Assembly (NCBI GenBank): GCA_963748825.1
Contig: CAVVKN010000006.1
Span: 32,001-96,000, forward strand
Reading direction: 5' to 3'
DNA from: Methanotrichaceae archaeon
Lineage (GTDB): Archaea; Halobacteriota; Methanosarcinia; Methanotrichales; Methanotrichaceae
DNA: 64,000 bases
Shown: positions 29,817 to 40,151 of the stretch, piece by piece
Position numbering within the stretch: position 1 is the stretch's first letter
Layout of the letters: the number at the start of each line of letters is the position of its first letter
Notes under the pieces: model-generated
Database searches by the model: none
What the model saw: the letters and a program-made list of their open reading frames with translations, nothing else
What the model was told of the DNA's origin: nothing
Translations under genes and position numbers: made by a program

Positions 29817-30854
29817 ATGGGTGGCGGTTTATCTCGATTTATTCGGCTGAGAGAGGCGAGCGCAGCAGCATTGATAATCTGCCTGCTGGCTGTCTTTTTC
29901 CTGAGCTTTCTGACAATCTCGGCAATGGCCGGCACAGAAACCGGCGAGTTCTGTCCTACTTGTCCGGACTGGACCAACCTGGACGGCTGGCTGGCTAAAA
30001 AAGATGCCTATGAGCAGGCCCAACAGAGTGGCCAGCAGAGCGGCGGCCAGACATCTGGCCAGCAAAACGGACAGGCAAGCAATACTCCAATCACCGCAAA
30101 GGTCGATCTTCCGCAAAAGAGCTATGCTCTGCCCGAGCTTATCACCAGCCCCTCATCCATCAAGAGCGATCAGGTAATTCTGGATGTGAGGTCCCAGCCG
30201 GATTACCTTTCCGGGCATATTCCCAAAGCGAGAAGCCTGTACTGGAAGGACCTGCAAAGGAACGGCATTCTTGATCCGGCTCTGGCCAAAGAGGCGCTGG
30301 GCCGTGCCGGGGTGAACGAGAGCGATCGCCTCCTCGTCTACGGAGATTCCGGCGAGGGTGCTGCGTTTGCCTTCTGGGCTCTGAGCTATCTGGGGCATAA
30401 GAATGTCAGCTTGCTTGACGGCGGCGCGGATGCGGCCAGAGGAGCAGGAGCCTCCCTCACCACAAATGCACCGTCTCCATTGCCTTCCAACTACACCGCC
30501 CACATCGCACCCTGGCTCCTGGTGACGCCCGACAACCTGGCAAGCATGCTTGAACTATCAGATGCCCGGGTCCTGGATGCACGAGACTTTTTCGAATATG
30601 GCCAGAGCAGACTGGGCAATGAGTCGATCTGTCTAAGCCAGGATAAGCTCTACGATAATTCCCAAATCAAAGATGCTGGCAAGCTGAAAGATCTTTTTGG
30701 AAGGCGCCTGGAGGATTCGGGAACTGCCATCGTCTACGGCACACCGCAAGCCTACTCGCTCTTCTACAGCCTCAAGCTCATGGGCTACAATGCCACCCTG
30801 CTGGAAGGTGACTGGTGGAAGGAAACGAAGTGGGCTGTGAGAAACGTGAGATAA
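29817..30854 (+). CDS. Secreted tandem rhodanese-like protein
   Basis: Signal peptide, CPTCPDW motif, ILDVRS..Y..GHIP, LLDGG, VLDAR; start position uncertain. Confidence 0.8.
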   Translation: MGGGLSRFIRLREASAAALIICLLAVFFLSFLTISAMAGTETGEFCPTCPDWTNLDGWLAKKDAYEQAQQSGQQSGGQTSGQQNGQASNTPITAKVDLPQKSYALPELITSPSSIKSDQVILDVRSQPDYLSGHIPKARSLYWKDLQRNGILDPALAKEALGRAGVNESDRLLVYGDSGEGAAFAFWALSYLGHKNVSLLDGGADAARGAGASLTTNAPSPLPSNYTAHIAPWLLVTPDNLASMLELSDARVLDARDFFEYGQSRLGNESICLSQDKLYDNSQIKDAGKLKDLFGRRLEDSGTAIVYGTPQAYSLFYSLKLMGYNATLLEGDWWKETKWAVRNVR

Positions 30855-30942
30855 GCTCATTTCACACTTTTTTGGTTTTAAGCGAGAAAAAATTCAAGAC
30901 AATAGGGCTTGACAATTTCTGAAGCTTCAGAGTAAGTCTTCC

Positions 30943-31914
30943 TTAACTACCGCTCAGCAGCGCCTTCACCGCTGTCTCAATCGCCTGGGCCGAGCCGCCC
31001 TCGGGCGTCCAGCCGAGCCTCTTGATCTTTTCGATGGAGAGCTGCATGACCTTGACATCGCCCTTCCAGCCCCGGCCATCCACGCCGCCCGTGTAGCAGT
31101 ATTGGACATCATTGAGGCCCATCTGCAAGGCCACGATATCTGCGATCTTTATCACATCCACAGAGTCCTCGGAGCCTATGTTGAAGACGTTGATCTGCCC
31201 ATCCGAGTTTTTCACACAATGCAGCATAGCCTTCACGCAGTCTCTGACCTCCAGGTAGGACTTCTTCTGCTTGCCTGATCCCAGTATCTCCAGCTCTTTG
31301 GGATTTTCTCGCAGCTTTCTGATGAAGTCCACCAGCACGCCGTGCGTGCCCCGCTCTCCCACGATATTGGCGAAGCGATAGATCCAGGACTGCATCTCGA
31401 AGGTGTGGCAGTATGAGGAGATGAGCGCCTCGCAGGCCAGCTTTGACGCACCGTAGAGGGATATGGGCAGAAGCGGTCCGTAGTCCTCGGGGGTGGGCAC
31501 CTTTGTAGCTTCGCCGTAAATGGTGGACGTGGAGGTGAATGCGATGCGATTAACTCTCGTTTTGCGCATGGCCTCTAAAAGATTGTAGGTGGCCATCACA
31601 TTCTGCTCCAGGTGCACGCGGGTGTTTTCTGCGCCCAGTTTCACATCCGGATTGGCGGCCAGGTGAAAGACCATATCCACCCCAATCAAGGCCTTTTCCA
31701 GAGCACCGGGAAGAAGCAGGTCAGCTTCTATGAGATGGAAATTTGGATTATTCTGGTGCGGGGCGAGAAACTCTCTCTTTCCCGAGCTGAAGTTGTCGAG
31801 GACGGTGACCTCATTTTCCGCCAGCAGAGCCTCTACAAGATGGCTGCCGATGAAGCCGGCGCCGCCGGTAACAAGGATAGATTTGCCTTTCAGCGTTGGC
31901 ATATTTCTTGGCAT
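30943..31914 (-). CDS. NAD-dependent epimerase/dehydratase (GalE-like)
   Basis: VTGGAGFIGSH, YGASK. Confidence 0.9.
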   Translation of the reverse strand: MPRNMPTLKGKSILVTGGAGFIGSHLVEALLAENEVTVLDNFSSGKREFLAPHQNNPNFHLIEADLLLPGALEKALIGVDMVFHLAANPDVKLGAENTRVHLEQNVMATYNLLEAMRKTRVNRIAFTSTSTIYGEATKVPTPEDYGPLLPISLYGASKLACEALISSYCHTFEMQSWIYRFANIVGERGTHGVLVDFIRKLRENPKELEILGSGKQKKSYLEVRDCVKAMLHCVKNSDGQINVFNIGSEDSVDVIKIADIVALQMGLNDVQYCYTGGVDGRGWKGDVKVMQLSIEKIKRLGWTPEGGSAQAIETAVKALLSGS

Positions 31915-32099
31915 CAGTTTTTAGTTTTTTGAAGCCAGGGAAGATATAACTTATCGTTGGGTATGAATGCGGCCTTGTCGGCAGGAAAAGTTGCGCGGAT
32001 TTTCCTGGGCCTTGTAGCAGTCCCGGATCGGATCCGCGAATCAATTAGCTAACATAACCTTTTTATGGTAAGCGATTATGCTTTAGAACAGGGATCTAA

Positions 32100-33020
32100 A
32101 TGGCAAGGAATTTTCTGAAAATGGCTCTTCTGCTGATGGCGCTATTCGTTTTGTGCAGCGCCGTCGGGGCAGCTGAGGGTGAGAGGCTGAGGCTGGCTAC
32201 TACTACCAGTCTGCAAGATACCGGTCTTTTGGACCTGATCAAAGACAAATTCGATGAGAAATACAACGTTGCATTAGACGTGGTCTCGGGCGGAACCGGC
32301 ATCGCTATTCAGTATGCAGAGCGCGGCGACGTGGATGTCCTCATCGTCCATGACAAGGTGAGGGAGCTGAAATTCGTTCAGGACGGGCATGGTCTGGAGA
32401 GAAGATGTATTGCCTACAACTACTTCTACCTGGTCGGACCAAAGGACGATCCGGCAGGTGTCAAGGGCATGAATGCCTCCCAGGCAATGGCAACAATCAT
32501 GGAAAAAGGCAAAGCCGATCCGGCTAAGGTGATGTTCATCTCTCGGGGCGACAACTCCGGCACACATGCCCGCGAGAAGCTGCTCTGGAAGGGGGCGAAC
32601 TATGACTACTCTGCCGTTAATTCTTCCGGTCCCTGGTATATCGAGGCCGGACAGGGCATGGGCGCAACCTTAAACATTGCCAATGAAAAGCAAGCCTACA
32701 CCCTCTCCGATATGTCCACCTTCATGGCCTACCAGGGCAATCTGACCCTCGTTCCTCTCATTGAAGGCGGAGACGAACTGCTCAATGTTTATGTGGCCAT
32801 GGCCGTGAATCCGAAGACGCATCCCGGCGTAAATTGCGAGCTGGCCAACGAGTTCATAAACTATCTGGTATCCGATGAGGGACAGGATCTGATTGCAGGC
32901 TTCGGCAAAGAGAAATTCGGCACACCGCTCTTCTCGGCGGCCCGAGGAAACTGCGATCTGATCGGCTGCTCGGCTGCAGAGTGCGCCGTGCCCACCAGTG
33001 CCTCCTGCGCTGCGGCCTGA
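32100..33020 (+). CDS. tupA: Tungstate ABC transporter substrate-binding protein
   Basis: LATTTSLQDTGLL, DVLIVH, SRGDNSGTH, GQGMG, YTLSD. Confidence 0.9.
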   Translation: MARNFLKMALLLMALFVLCSAVGAAEGERLRLATTTSLQDTGLLDLIKDKFDEKYNVALDVVSGGTGIAIQYAERGDVDVLIVHDKVRELKFVQDGHGLERRCIAYNYFYLVGPKDDPAGVKGMNASQAMATIMEKGKADPAKVMFISRGDNSGTHAREKLLWKGANYDYSAVNSSGPWYIEAGQGMGATLNIANEKQAYTLSDMSTFMAYQGNLTLVPLIEGGDELLNVYVAMAVNPKTHPGVNCELANEFINYLVSDEGQDLIAGFGKEKFGTPLFSAARGNCDLIGCSAAECAVPTSASCAAA

Positions 33021-33099
33021 GTGAGACAATAGCAAAATGGCAAGATACAAAAAGGTCAAAGGGAAATAGATAAAAGATACCCTTTTTAGGTGAAATCGG

Positions 33100-33786
33100 T
33101 TGGAGGAGATCTATAGCGGCCTTCTGCGGGCCCTGGAGCTGATTGCAGCTAGAGACCCCCAGGTGGTCGAGATCACCTTGAGGTCCATCTTTATCTCGCT
33201 CTCTTCCGCCGCTTTAGCAGGAATCATCTGCATTCCCCTGGGAGGGATCATAGAGTTTCGTCAATTTCGAGGCAAGAGAGCGCTGATAAATTTAATTCAG
33301 ACCTTCTACAGCCTGCCTACGGTTACCGTGGGCCTGCTGGTCTTTTTGCTCATCTCCCGCTCCGGGCCTCTGGGAGGCCTCAACTTGCTCTTCAGCCCGA
33401 CCGGCATGATCTTCGGCCAGGCCATTCTCGTCAGCCCTGTTATGATTGGGCTGACCATTACTGCACTGGCGAGCGTCAGCCCCCAGATCAGGGACACGGC
33501 CCGGTCGCTGGGCGCGACGGAGGTGCAGATAATAATAACTGTAATAAAAGAGGCCCGCGTGGCGGTCATTGCTGCAGTGCTCCTGGGATTTGGCCGGGCA
33601 CTCTCCGAGGTGGGCGTGGCCATGATGATCGGTGGGAACATCCGGGGCTACACACGCGTTCTCACAACGGCCATCGCTTTGGAGACCTCTATGGGCAATT
33701 TAGAGCTGTCCATGGCTCTCGGAATAATTCTCATATCTATTTCGCTGGCCATCAACCTCTTGCTCAATAGATTTCAGGGGAAGTGA
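33100..33786 (+). CDS. tupB: Tungstate ABC transporter permease
   Basis: SRSGPLG, FGRALSEVG, GGNIRGYTRVLTTAI. Confidence 0.9.
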   Translation: MEEIYSGLLRALELIAARDPQVVEITLRSIFISLSSAALAGIICIPLGGIIEFRQFRGKRALINLIQTFYSLPTVTVGLLVFLLISRSGPLGGLNLLFSPTGMIFGQAILVSPVMIGLTITALASVSPQIRDTARSLGATEVQIIITVIKEARVAVIAAVLLGFGRALSEVGVAMMIGGNIRGYTRVLTTAIALETSMGNLELSMALGIILISISLAINLLLNRFQGK

Positions 33787-34478
33787 GAATGCCGCTCCTG
33801 GAGATACGCTCTTTAAGCAAAAGCATTGGCCCAGCTGAGATTCTAAGGGACATCAACCTATCCTTCGAGCGGGGCGAGATCCTGGGGCTGATCGGGCCCA
33901 CCGGCTCGGGAAAGACGACATTGCTGCGGTTGGTCAATTTGCTTGATGAGCCGTCTTCGGGGAGTATCCTCTTCGATGGCTCACTGATTTCAGGAAGGCC
34001 GGAGAGGGAGAAGCTTGCCGTGCGGCGGAAAATGGCCATGGTCTTTCAAAAGCCGGTCATGTTCAAGGCCAGCGTGGCGGAGAATGTCTCCTTTGGCCTG
34101 AAGATGCGGGGGAGAGATGATGCAGAGGGGATGAGAGAGCGGGTAAAAGAGGCTCTGGCGGCGGTGGGGCTGTCTGGCTATGAGAGCCGCGATGCCAATA
34201 CCCTATCTGGTGGGGAAACTCAGAGAATTGCCCTGGCCAGAGCCATTATCCTGCAGCCGGAGCTTCTCCTTTTAGACGAGCCGACTGCGAATCTCGATCC
34301 CAGGAGCGCCGCCTCCATCGACAGCCTCCTGCAGAGCCTTGCAGGGAGCAGGACGGCGGTGATTTTAGCCACGCATAACATGCAGCAGTGCCGCAAGCTG
34401 GCCGACAGAGTAGCGGTGCTACAGGCGGGCAGGCTGGTGGCAGTGGGCAAAAGCAATGAGATAACTTTGCCCTGGTGA
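33783..34478 (+). CDS. tupC: Tungstate ABC transporter ATPase
   Basis: GPTGSGKT, LSGGE, LLLDEP; overlaps tupB. Confidence 0.88.
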   Translation: MRMPLLEIRSLSKSIGPAEILRDINLSFERGEILGLIGPTGSGKTTLLRLVNLLDEPSSGSILFDGSLISGRPEREKLAVRRKMAMVFQKPVMFKASVAENVSFGLKMRGRDDAEGMRERVKEALAAVGLSGYESRDANTLSGGETQRIALARAIILQPELLLLDEPTANLDPRSAASIDSLLQSLAGSRTAVILATHNMQQCRKLADRVAVLQAGRLVAVGKSNEITLPW

Positions 34479-34534
34479 CTGCGGTGGAAGGATGCTTTTA
34501 TCTTCTTGTAAGACCATTTTGACCCTGCGACTAA

Positions 34535-35005
34535 ATGATGCCAGAAACAGCAGACGAAGAGAGCAAATCAGGAGATGAAGAATCCCTGGATTCATTTCTC
34601 ACGGAAAGGCAGCTCAAGGTGCTGAAGATGCGCCTTTCTGGCCGGTCCCAGCAGGATGTGGCAGACAGCTTCGGCACCACTCGATCCAACATCAGCATCC
34701 TTGAGAAGCGAGCCCATCAGAACATCGCCCGAGCAGAGCGAACGCTGCAGCAGTGGATGATGCTGCGCGCTCCCATATCCTTGGAGGCCAAAGAAGGAAC
34801 GGATGTCTTCGAGCTGCCCAAGATGATCTTTGCCGCGGCGGACGAAAAAGGGATGCGATTGCCCATCACCTCCCTGGATATTGTGGTGCAGCTTCGGCGA
34901 AAAGCTCCCCGGCTCTTCAAGAAAAGGGCGCTTGAGAGAGACGCCCGGATCTTTGTGACTGAAGAGGGAGAGATGCTTGTGGAAGGGCTGGAGAGTGATG
35001 ATTGA
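34535..35005 (+). CDS. tfx: Tfx-family DNA-binding protein
   Basis: FLTERQLKVL...GTTRSNISILEKRAHQNI. Confidence 0.85.
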   Translation: MMPETADEESKSGDEESLDSFLTERQLKVLKMRLSGRSQQDVADSFGTTRSNISILEKRAHQNIARAERTLQQWMMLRAPISLEAKEGTDVFELPKMIFAAADEKGMRLPITSLDIVVQLRRKAPRLFKKRALERDARIFVTEEGEMLVEGLESDD

Positions 35006-35469
35006 GCGGCTGCATCGAAGGATCAATTGGAAAAGATGCAAGGCCATGAGAGCAGAACGCGAGATCAGCTTTTTGCAGGGATGAGCAAAGCGGTATGCCC
35101 CCGAAGAGCCTCTATACTTGGGATGATGCCCTGGAAGCGCTCTAAAAGACAAATGAAGTCCTGATCGAGTGCCAAAAGCTTATTGAAACGCAAAATGGAT
35201 GTAATTGATCCCCGTGGACAAGAAAATGACCTGCCGTCATCTACTCCATCGTCGTCTCCTCGCCGCGTGGGCTCGCTGCCCCCGCTACCCGAAATCCCCC
35301 GCTGCTTCTCGTGATCCTGGAGGGCCGGGTCCCGGTGGCCTGTCTGCCGATTCGCGCCTGGGCTCCCGTTGTGGTGGCCAGCCGCAGTTGGGAGAGGCAG
35401 GTATGATAGTTGTGGATGTGACCCTCTCCGTTTCTGAAGATAGGCATAAGTAGAATTATTTGAGATGAT

Positions 35470-35733
35470 GTGACTGATGGTCATAAGGGAGGAAGCAAAA
35501 GAGTGCTGATCGAGGACATCAAGAAGCACATGCTGCTAGATAATTATATAATAACATTCCATGCTCATAGGAGGATGGATGAGAGAGGTATTTCCGTGCT
35601 CATAACTGGCATTGCTAGCTATCGGTGTTGTCATGCTGTGGTTGCGCTGTGCGAAAACCACTTACGTATTGTCACAGTCTACTGGCCGGAGGATGGAGAA
35701 TGGATAGATCATATGACGAGAAGAAAGAGTTGA
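35470..35733 (+). pseudogene. DUF4258 toxin-like gene with an apparent internal in-frame deletion
   Basis: HAHRRMDERGIS joined directly to VLITG...HAVVA...IVTVYWPE..EW; the central segment expected for this family is missing. Confidence 0.6.
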
Positions 35734-35987
35734 TCCCTGACACCTGCAACTGCGATCGAGGCAGATTGCATCGTGGCGTCACAGAATACGTCACTAAAGT
35801 CAATGGGGGCGTAGTGGTGATTAAGAACGTCCCGGCTCTGATTTGTGACCTTTGTGATGAGGCTTATCTCACACCGGAAGCGTCCAGAGAGATTGATAAG
35901 ATTGTAAAGGATTTTCGTGAAGGAAGGCTTCTGGCAAAGCCCATTGCGGCCGGCGAGGTCGAGCTTAAGATGAAGGAGACGGCTTGA
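35730..35987 (+). CDS. YgiT-type zinc finger / MqsA-like antitoxin
   Basis: VVIKNVPALICDLCDEAY; TTG start overlaps the upstream TGA. Confidence 0.8.
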   Translation: MIPDTCNCDRGRLHRGVTEYVTKVNGGVVVIKNVPALICDLCDEAYLTPEASREIDKIVKDFREGRLLAKPIAAGEVELKMKETA

Positions 35988-36172
35988 TAGGATTGATGTA
36001 CGCAATTGAGATATTTTACAGTGAGGAAGATGAGGGATTCATCGCCATTGTTCCGGAGCTTCCTGGCTGCTCAGCCTTTGGCGAGACGGAAGAACGAAGT
36101 CTTGTTGCAGGTCTTGCATAAAATAGAATTCTGTTATCTTAATAATGATTCGCTTTCAATGCTATTGATTCA

Positions 36173-36886
36173 TCAAAGAACATCCGAGAGAATCTGCCGG
36201 CGCGGCCCTTCCGAATCCCGCAAGAAGAATCTTGGTTTCAGCTTTCCTCTTACCCGAACTCTTGCATAGACGAGGGTTTTATCTTTCTTCTCGGACTTTT
36301 CCGCCAGCAGTGCCTCAAGAGTCTCCTTTTCGCTTTCGGACAGCTCGATCTCGCCCTCTCTGCCCGTTGACCAGTCAAAGATCCTGACCCGGTACTGGGT
36401 TTTGATATGCAAAAGAGTGCCCTTTTCTCGATCCTCAATCGATCGTATGCCGCAAGCATACTCCACAGGACTCTCGAAATTTTGGCATGCCTCATCCGGC
36501 CGGCACAGCCCCAGGTCGGCAATGCCAAGGTCCGGGTAGCCTCTGCTCTGCCGCTGCATAACCTTGCATTTGGGGCAGTGCATCTTCAAAAACCACTCCT
36601 CAAAGATCCGCTCTTCTGCAGATGCTACACCCGACCAGAGCTGCATTGCCTCCTGCCGGCGGTATCCTGCCTGTCCCAGGAATGCGGCCAGAATGGCGGC
36701 GATCCTGTGCTTGCCGCTCTCGCCAGCTGTCCTGGCCATTATGCCCTTGATACAGGGCGGAAAGGCCTGCTTCTCCGCAGGCTCATGGGCAGTCCAGAGC
36801 ATCTCCTCTCGTCGATCAATGGCCTGAACTGATATTGGTATCTCATTTCCCTCCGCGGGCAGAGGACCGTATCTTTTAGAGGGCAT
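36173..36886 (-). CDS. Hypothetical protein resembling the primase large-subunit (PriL) C-terminal Fe-S domain
   Basis: FPPCI...HR....LAAFL...CPKC...LC.PD..C...SP..Y. Confidence 0.55.
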   Translation of the reverse strand: MPSKRYGPLPAEGNEIPISVQAIDRREEMLWTAHEPAEKQAFPPCIKGIMARTAGESGKHRIAAILAAFLGQAGYRRQEAMQLWSGVASAEERIFEEWFLKMHCPKCKVMQRQSRGYPDLGIADLGLCRPDEACQNFESPVEYACGIRSIEDREKGTLLHIKTQYRVRIFDWSTGREGEIELSESEKETLEALLAEKSEKKDKTLVYARVRVRGKLKPRFFLRDSEGPRRQILSDVL

Positions 36887-36888
36887 CT

Positions 36889-38409
36889 TTATGCTCTCTT
36901 GTGGCCTCCACCGAAATAAGCCTGTGTGTCCTTGTCCCCTCGCGCCTGCTGGGGCACAGGAGCTGCGCCCTTAGAAGACTCATAGTCCATTCTCTCTTTG
37001 AGTATGCACCTGCTGCCTCGCAGACCTCCTAACGGGTTCTTAGGTGTGCCCATGGAGTTCATGCAGCGGGCCATGACAGCCGCACCCCGGGCCAGGCCAT
37101 CGTCCACAAAGACCACATTCTTCTCCACTTGCTCGTACAGCCCCAGCTTCTCTATCTCTTCCAAAATAAGGGCGGGCTTGCCGCCGCTGATTCCCGCCCT
37201 TCCGGTTACTCCCAGTGCCGTATTCTTGGTGACGACACCCTCCTCGACACCCACCTGCACCAGCCGACGGGCCACGCGGGCCATGGCAATGTCCAGGGTG
37301 CCGAAAAGGATCTTCAGGTTCTTGGATTTGTAAAGATCGCCGCCAATTTTTGAGAGCTTGGAGAGGTCGCTGCCGTTCATTCCCACATCGCAGCCGATGA
37401 GAACGACGTTATTCAGGGCCGCAGCCTGCGGGCATACGGGCACGAGACCGTATTTGGTGCGGCTTGCCGGAACCTTCTCTATTACTACCAACTCGTCGAT
37501 CTGATCCGCGTACTGCCGAGCTTCTTTGCCGTAGTCCGGCTTGATATTGCTGTTAAAAATATCCAGTGTGGCTCCGGTCATCTTGTCCACCAGTCCCGTT
37601 CCCTGGACAACGGCATCGGGAATGGCCCCGGCCAGGCCGAGAAGATTGCCGATGGTATAGGCATAAGGAAGATCTCCACTGGTCACCCTGCCGTCCAGTG
37701 TGGTGCCGAAGTCCATGGAGAGGCAGGGATTTCTAAAGTCCACGTCCGTCCAGCGGCTGCCTTCCTTTATGCCGGCGGTGGCAAGTTCTCCCTCCATCTC
37801 GTTGGCCACTACCTCCACGCCGGTAGAGCCTTGCGGCGGAAAGCAAGAGGCCACGGCTCCCATGAATATCACCTTCTCAATCATGGTGTAGCGCTTGAAC
37901 TTTTCCAGTATGTTGTGGATGCTCATGGCGGGGGTCATGAGCCGGGGCGGAACGCCGGCATCGAGGCAGCCCTTGGCCAGGGCCTGAATGAAGGCGCCCA
38001 CCTGGTCGGGCGAGTCCAGCTCGGCCACCACGCCTGTGGAGCGTACCACGAAGTGCAGATCGGTCTTGATGTCCAGACGTGCTCTCTCGTGACTCTCAAT
38101 GAGGGTGTCTTTCACCAGTTCAGCAATAGACTCTCTGGTAAGCGGAGTGGCGTTGATGGTATGAGCGAAGATATCTTCTCCCGCTTTGGGCCTTCGCACA
38201 TCTCTTGTCATCTTTACGGTCTTATTGACGATGTAGGTCTTGCCGGTGTTCATGTCCGTGGCGGTGAGTATGCATTTGGTGGTGGTGTTGCCAACTTCTA
38301 CCGAGGCCACGATGTAAAATGGCTTGGTGTGAAGGTCAAGGTAGTTGAAGGACGGGCTACTGGCAATGCGAGGTGTGGGTTTGGACTTGAAGAGCCGACC
38401 GAAGTTCAT
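36889..38409 (-). CDS. Methanogenesis marker protein 14
   Basis: VASVEVGNTTTKCIL, DFGTTLDG, DDGLARGAAVMARCMNS. Confidence 0.9.
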   Translation of the reverse strand: MNFGRLFKSKPTPRIASSPSFNYLDLHTKPFYIVASVEVGNTTTKCILTATDMNTGKTYIVNKTVKMTRDVRRPKAGEDIFAHTINATPLTRESIAELVKDTLIESHERARLDIKTDLHFVVRSTGVVAELDSPDQVGAFIQALAKGCLDAGVPPRLMTPAMSIHNILEKFKRYTMIEKVIFMGAVASCFPPQGSTGVEVVANEMEGELATAGIKEGSRWTDVDFRNPCLSMDFGTTLDGRVTSGDLPYAYTIGNLLGLAGAIPDAVVQGTGLVDKMTGATLDIFNSNIKPDYGKEARQYADQIDELVVIEKVPASRTKYGLVPVCPQAAALNNVVLIGCDVGMNGSDLSKLSKIGGDLYKSKNLKILFGTLDIAMARVARRLVQVGVEEGVVTKNTALGVTGRAGISGGKPALILEEIEKLGLYEQVEKNVVFVDDGLARGAAVMARCMNSMGTPKNPLGGLRGSRCILKERMDYESSKGAAPVPQQARGDKDTQAYFGGGHKRA

Positions 38410-38620
38410 GGTGAATGGAAAAGGAGGAGGTAAGATTAAAGCTTTGGGTGGGGCGATTCCATAAAATGGTCACCGAAGTAAACCGAGAGATAATTCATTT
38501 AACCCAACAATAGCCTTTAAATAGAATCATCTCCATTTAAAGTTTGAATATTTTCTGTTCGCGCATCTCCTCTCAACAGAAATTCATCCACTATTCAGGG
38601 AGAAATGTAAATCAGGTGAA

Positions 38621-38782
38621 ATGAGCATGGATCAACCAGGTATAGATCAAACAGAGAAGAAAAAGAATGAATCGGTAAATAAGTCAGGGCGCATGGCCAT
38701 ATTGGAAGAGGACAAAGCAAGAGAGGCCCGCCGGTGGCAGCGCAAAAGGGAGACTATCAAACGGTTCGCTGGGACTAAATAA
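38621..38782 (+). CDS. Small basic hypothetical protein (53 aa)
   Basis: AGGTGA RBS then MSMDQPGIDQTEKKK...RRWQRKRETIKRFAGTK*; below the ORF cutoff. Confidence 0.5.
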   Translation: MSMDQPGIDQTEKKKNESVNKSGRMAILEEDKAREARRWQRKRETIKRFAGTK

Positions 38783-39116
38783 GATACAGACAGCTTTTGC
38801 ATTAGCTCCTAATGATTGGATTGCCGAAATAGATTATCGCAATCATCTATATATATTGTGAATAGAACGGGAAGGCGGCGATCCGTGGCAAGATACTGTT
38901 TTATTCTCCCTCCTTTGCCAGGATCCCTCCTCTACTCATGCATGCATATTCCTATGCCCGTCTTCCATGCCTGCCATTGGGCCGTTTTGTGCTGCGATTA
39001 TCTACATAACAAAAGAAATATATATCTGATGTAACTATATGGTAATTGGTGAGGGGGCCTCAGTATCGAACAAGACCATAGTCCCTTCTAAGATGCCCTC
39101 ATCACCCATTCATCCT

Positions 39117-40093
39117 TTAATCTTTCAGCCCTTCCATGGTCACGGAGAAGACCGCTTCGCCGTCCGGCAGGTTGGGCGAGTCCACCAGGCGAGCAATCCG
39201 TTTTTCGCCCTTGGACTTTCGCAGGTACAGTCTGAAAGTAGACGTATGCCCCAGTACGTGCCCGCCCACTGGCTTGGTCGGATCGCCGAAGAATGTGTCC
39301 GGCTTGCTCATGACCTGATTGGTTACTAATATCAGGGCATTGTTCAGATCGCCAAAGCGCATCAGGTCGTGCAGGTGCTTGTTCAGCTTCTGCTGCCTGT
39401 TGGCGAGAGTGCCGCGTCCTACGTACTCCGCCCGGAAGTGGGCTGTCACCGAGTCGACTATGATCAGGCGCACGGGATATTCCGAGTCCCTGGCCTTTTC
39501 AGCCAGGTCCATGGCGCTCTCCGCCAGGAGGATCTGGTGATTGGAGTTGAAGGCTCTGGCCACGCTGATGTTTTTTAAGAAATCAGCCGGGTCCCAGTCC
39601 CGGCCATCCGGCGCAGGGGGCAGGCCCTTCACCATCTGAGCGATGCGCTCCGGCCGGAAGGTGTTCTCTGTGTCGATAATGATAGCAGAACCGTTCAGGC
39701 CGCCCATTTCCTTGGGCAGTTGCACGTTTATGGCCAGCTGGTGGGCCACCTGCGTCTTGCCCGAGCCAAACTCTCCGTATAGCTCCACTATGGACTGAGT
39801 CTCCATCCCCCCGCCCAATAGTTCATTGAAGCTCTTGCTGCTGGTAGTGATCTTGCCCACCAGCTTTCTGCGCTCTAAGATTCGGTCTCCCGTCTCAAAG
39901 CCGCCCACATCGGCCGCTTCCCTGGCCCCGGCAATGATCTTGGCCGCCGTGGCTTCCCCACCTCTGCCGCGGCCACGAGCTCGCCTGGAGAGGCAACAGC
40001 TATAGCTTCCACGGAGCTAAAGCCAGCCTCGCGCAGCTTTTCCGCAGTGGCCGGACCCACACCCGGCAGATCTTCCAGTAATTTTGTCGGCAT
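39117..40093 (-). CDS. radA: DNA recombinase RadA with a 1-nt frameshift near 39957 (probably a sequencing error)
   Basis: The N-terminal [18 protein letters not shown] and the core [11 protein letters not shown] are joined by adding one G to GTGGGGAA (VGEATAAK). Confidence 0.9.
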
Positions 40094-40151
40094 CTTCCTA
40101 GTTCCTTAGAATATTCCTCAGATGAATGTTCGCAGATCTGCTTTAACAACG

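Noticed and set aside
35229-35402. SRP RNA
   Set aside because: Superficial 5' similarity only; no helix-8 GGAA/AGCA motif and too short
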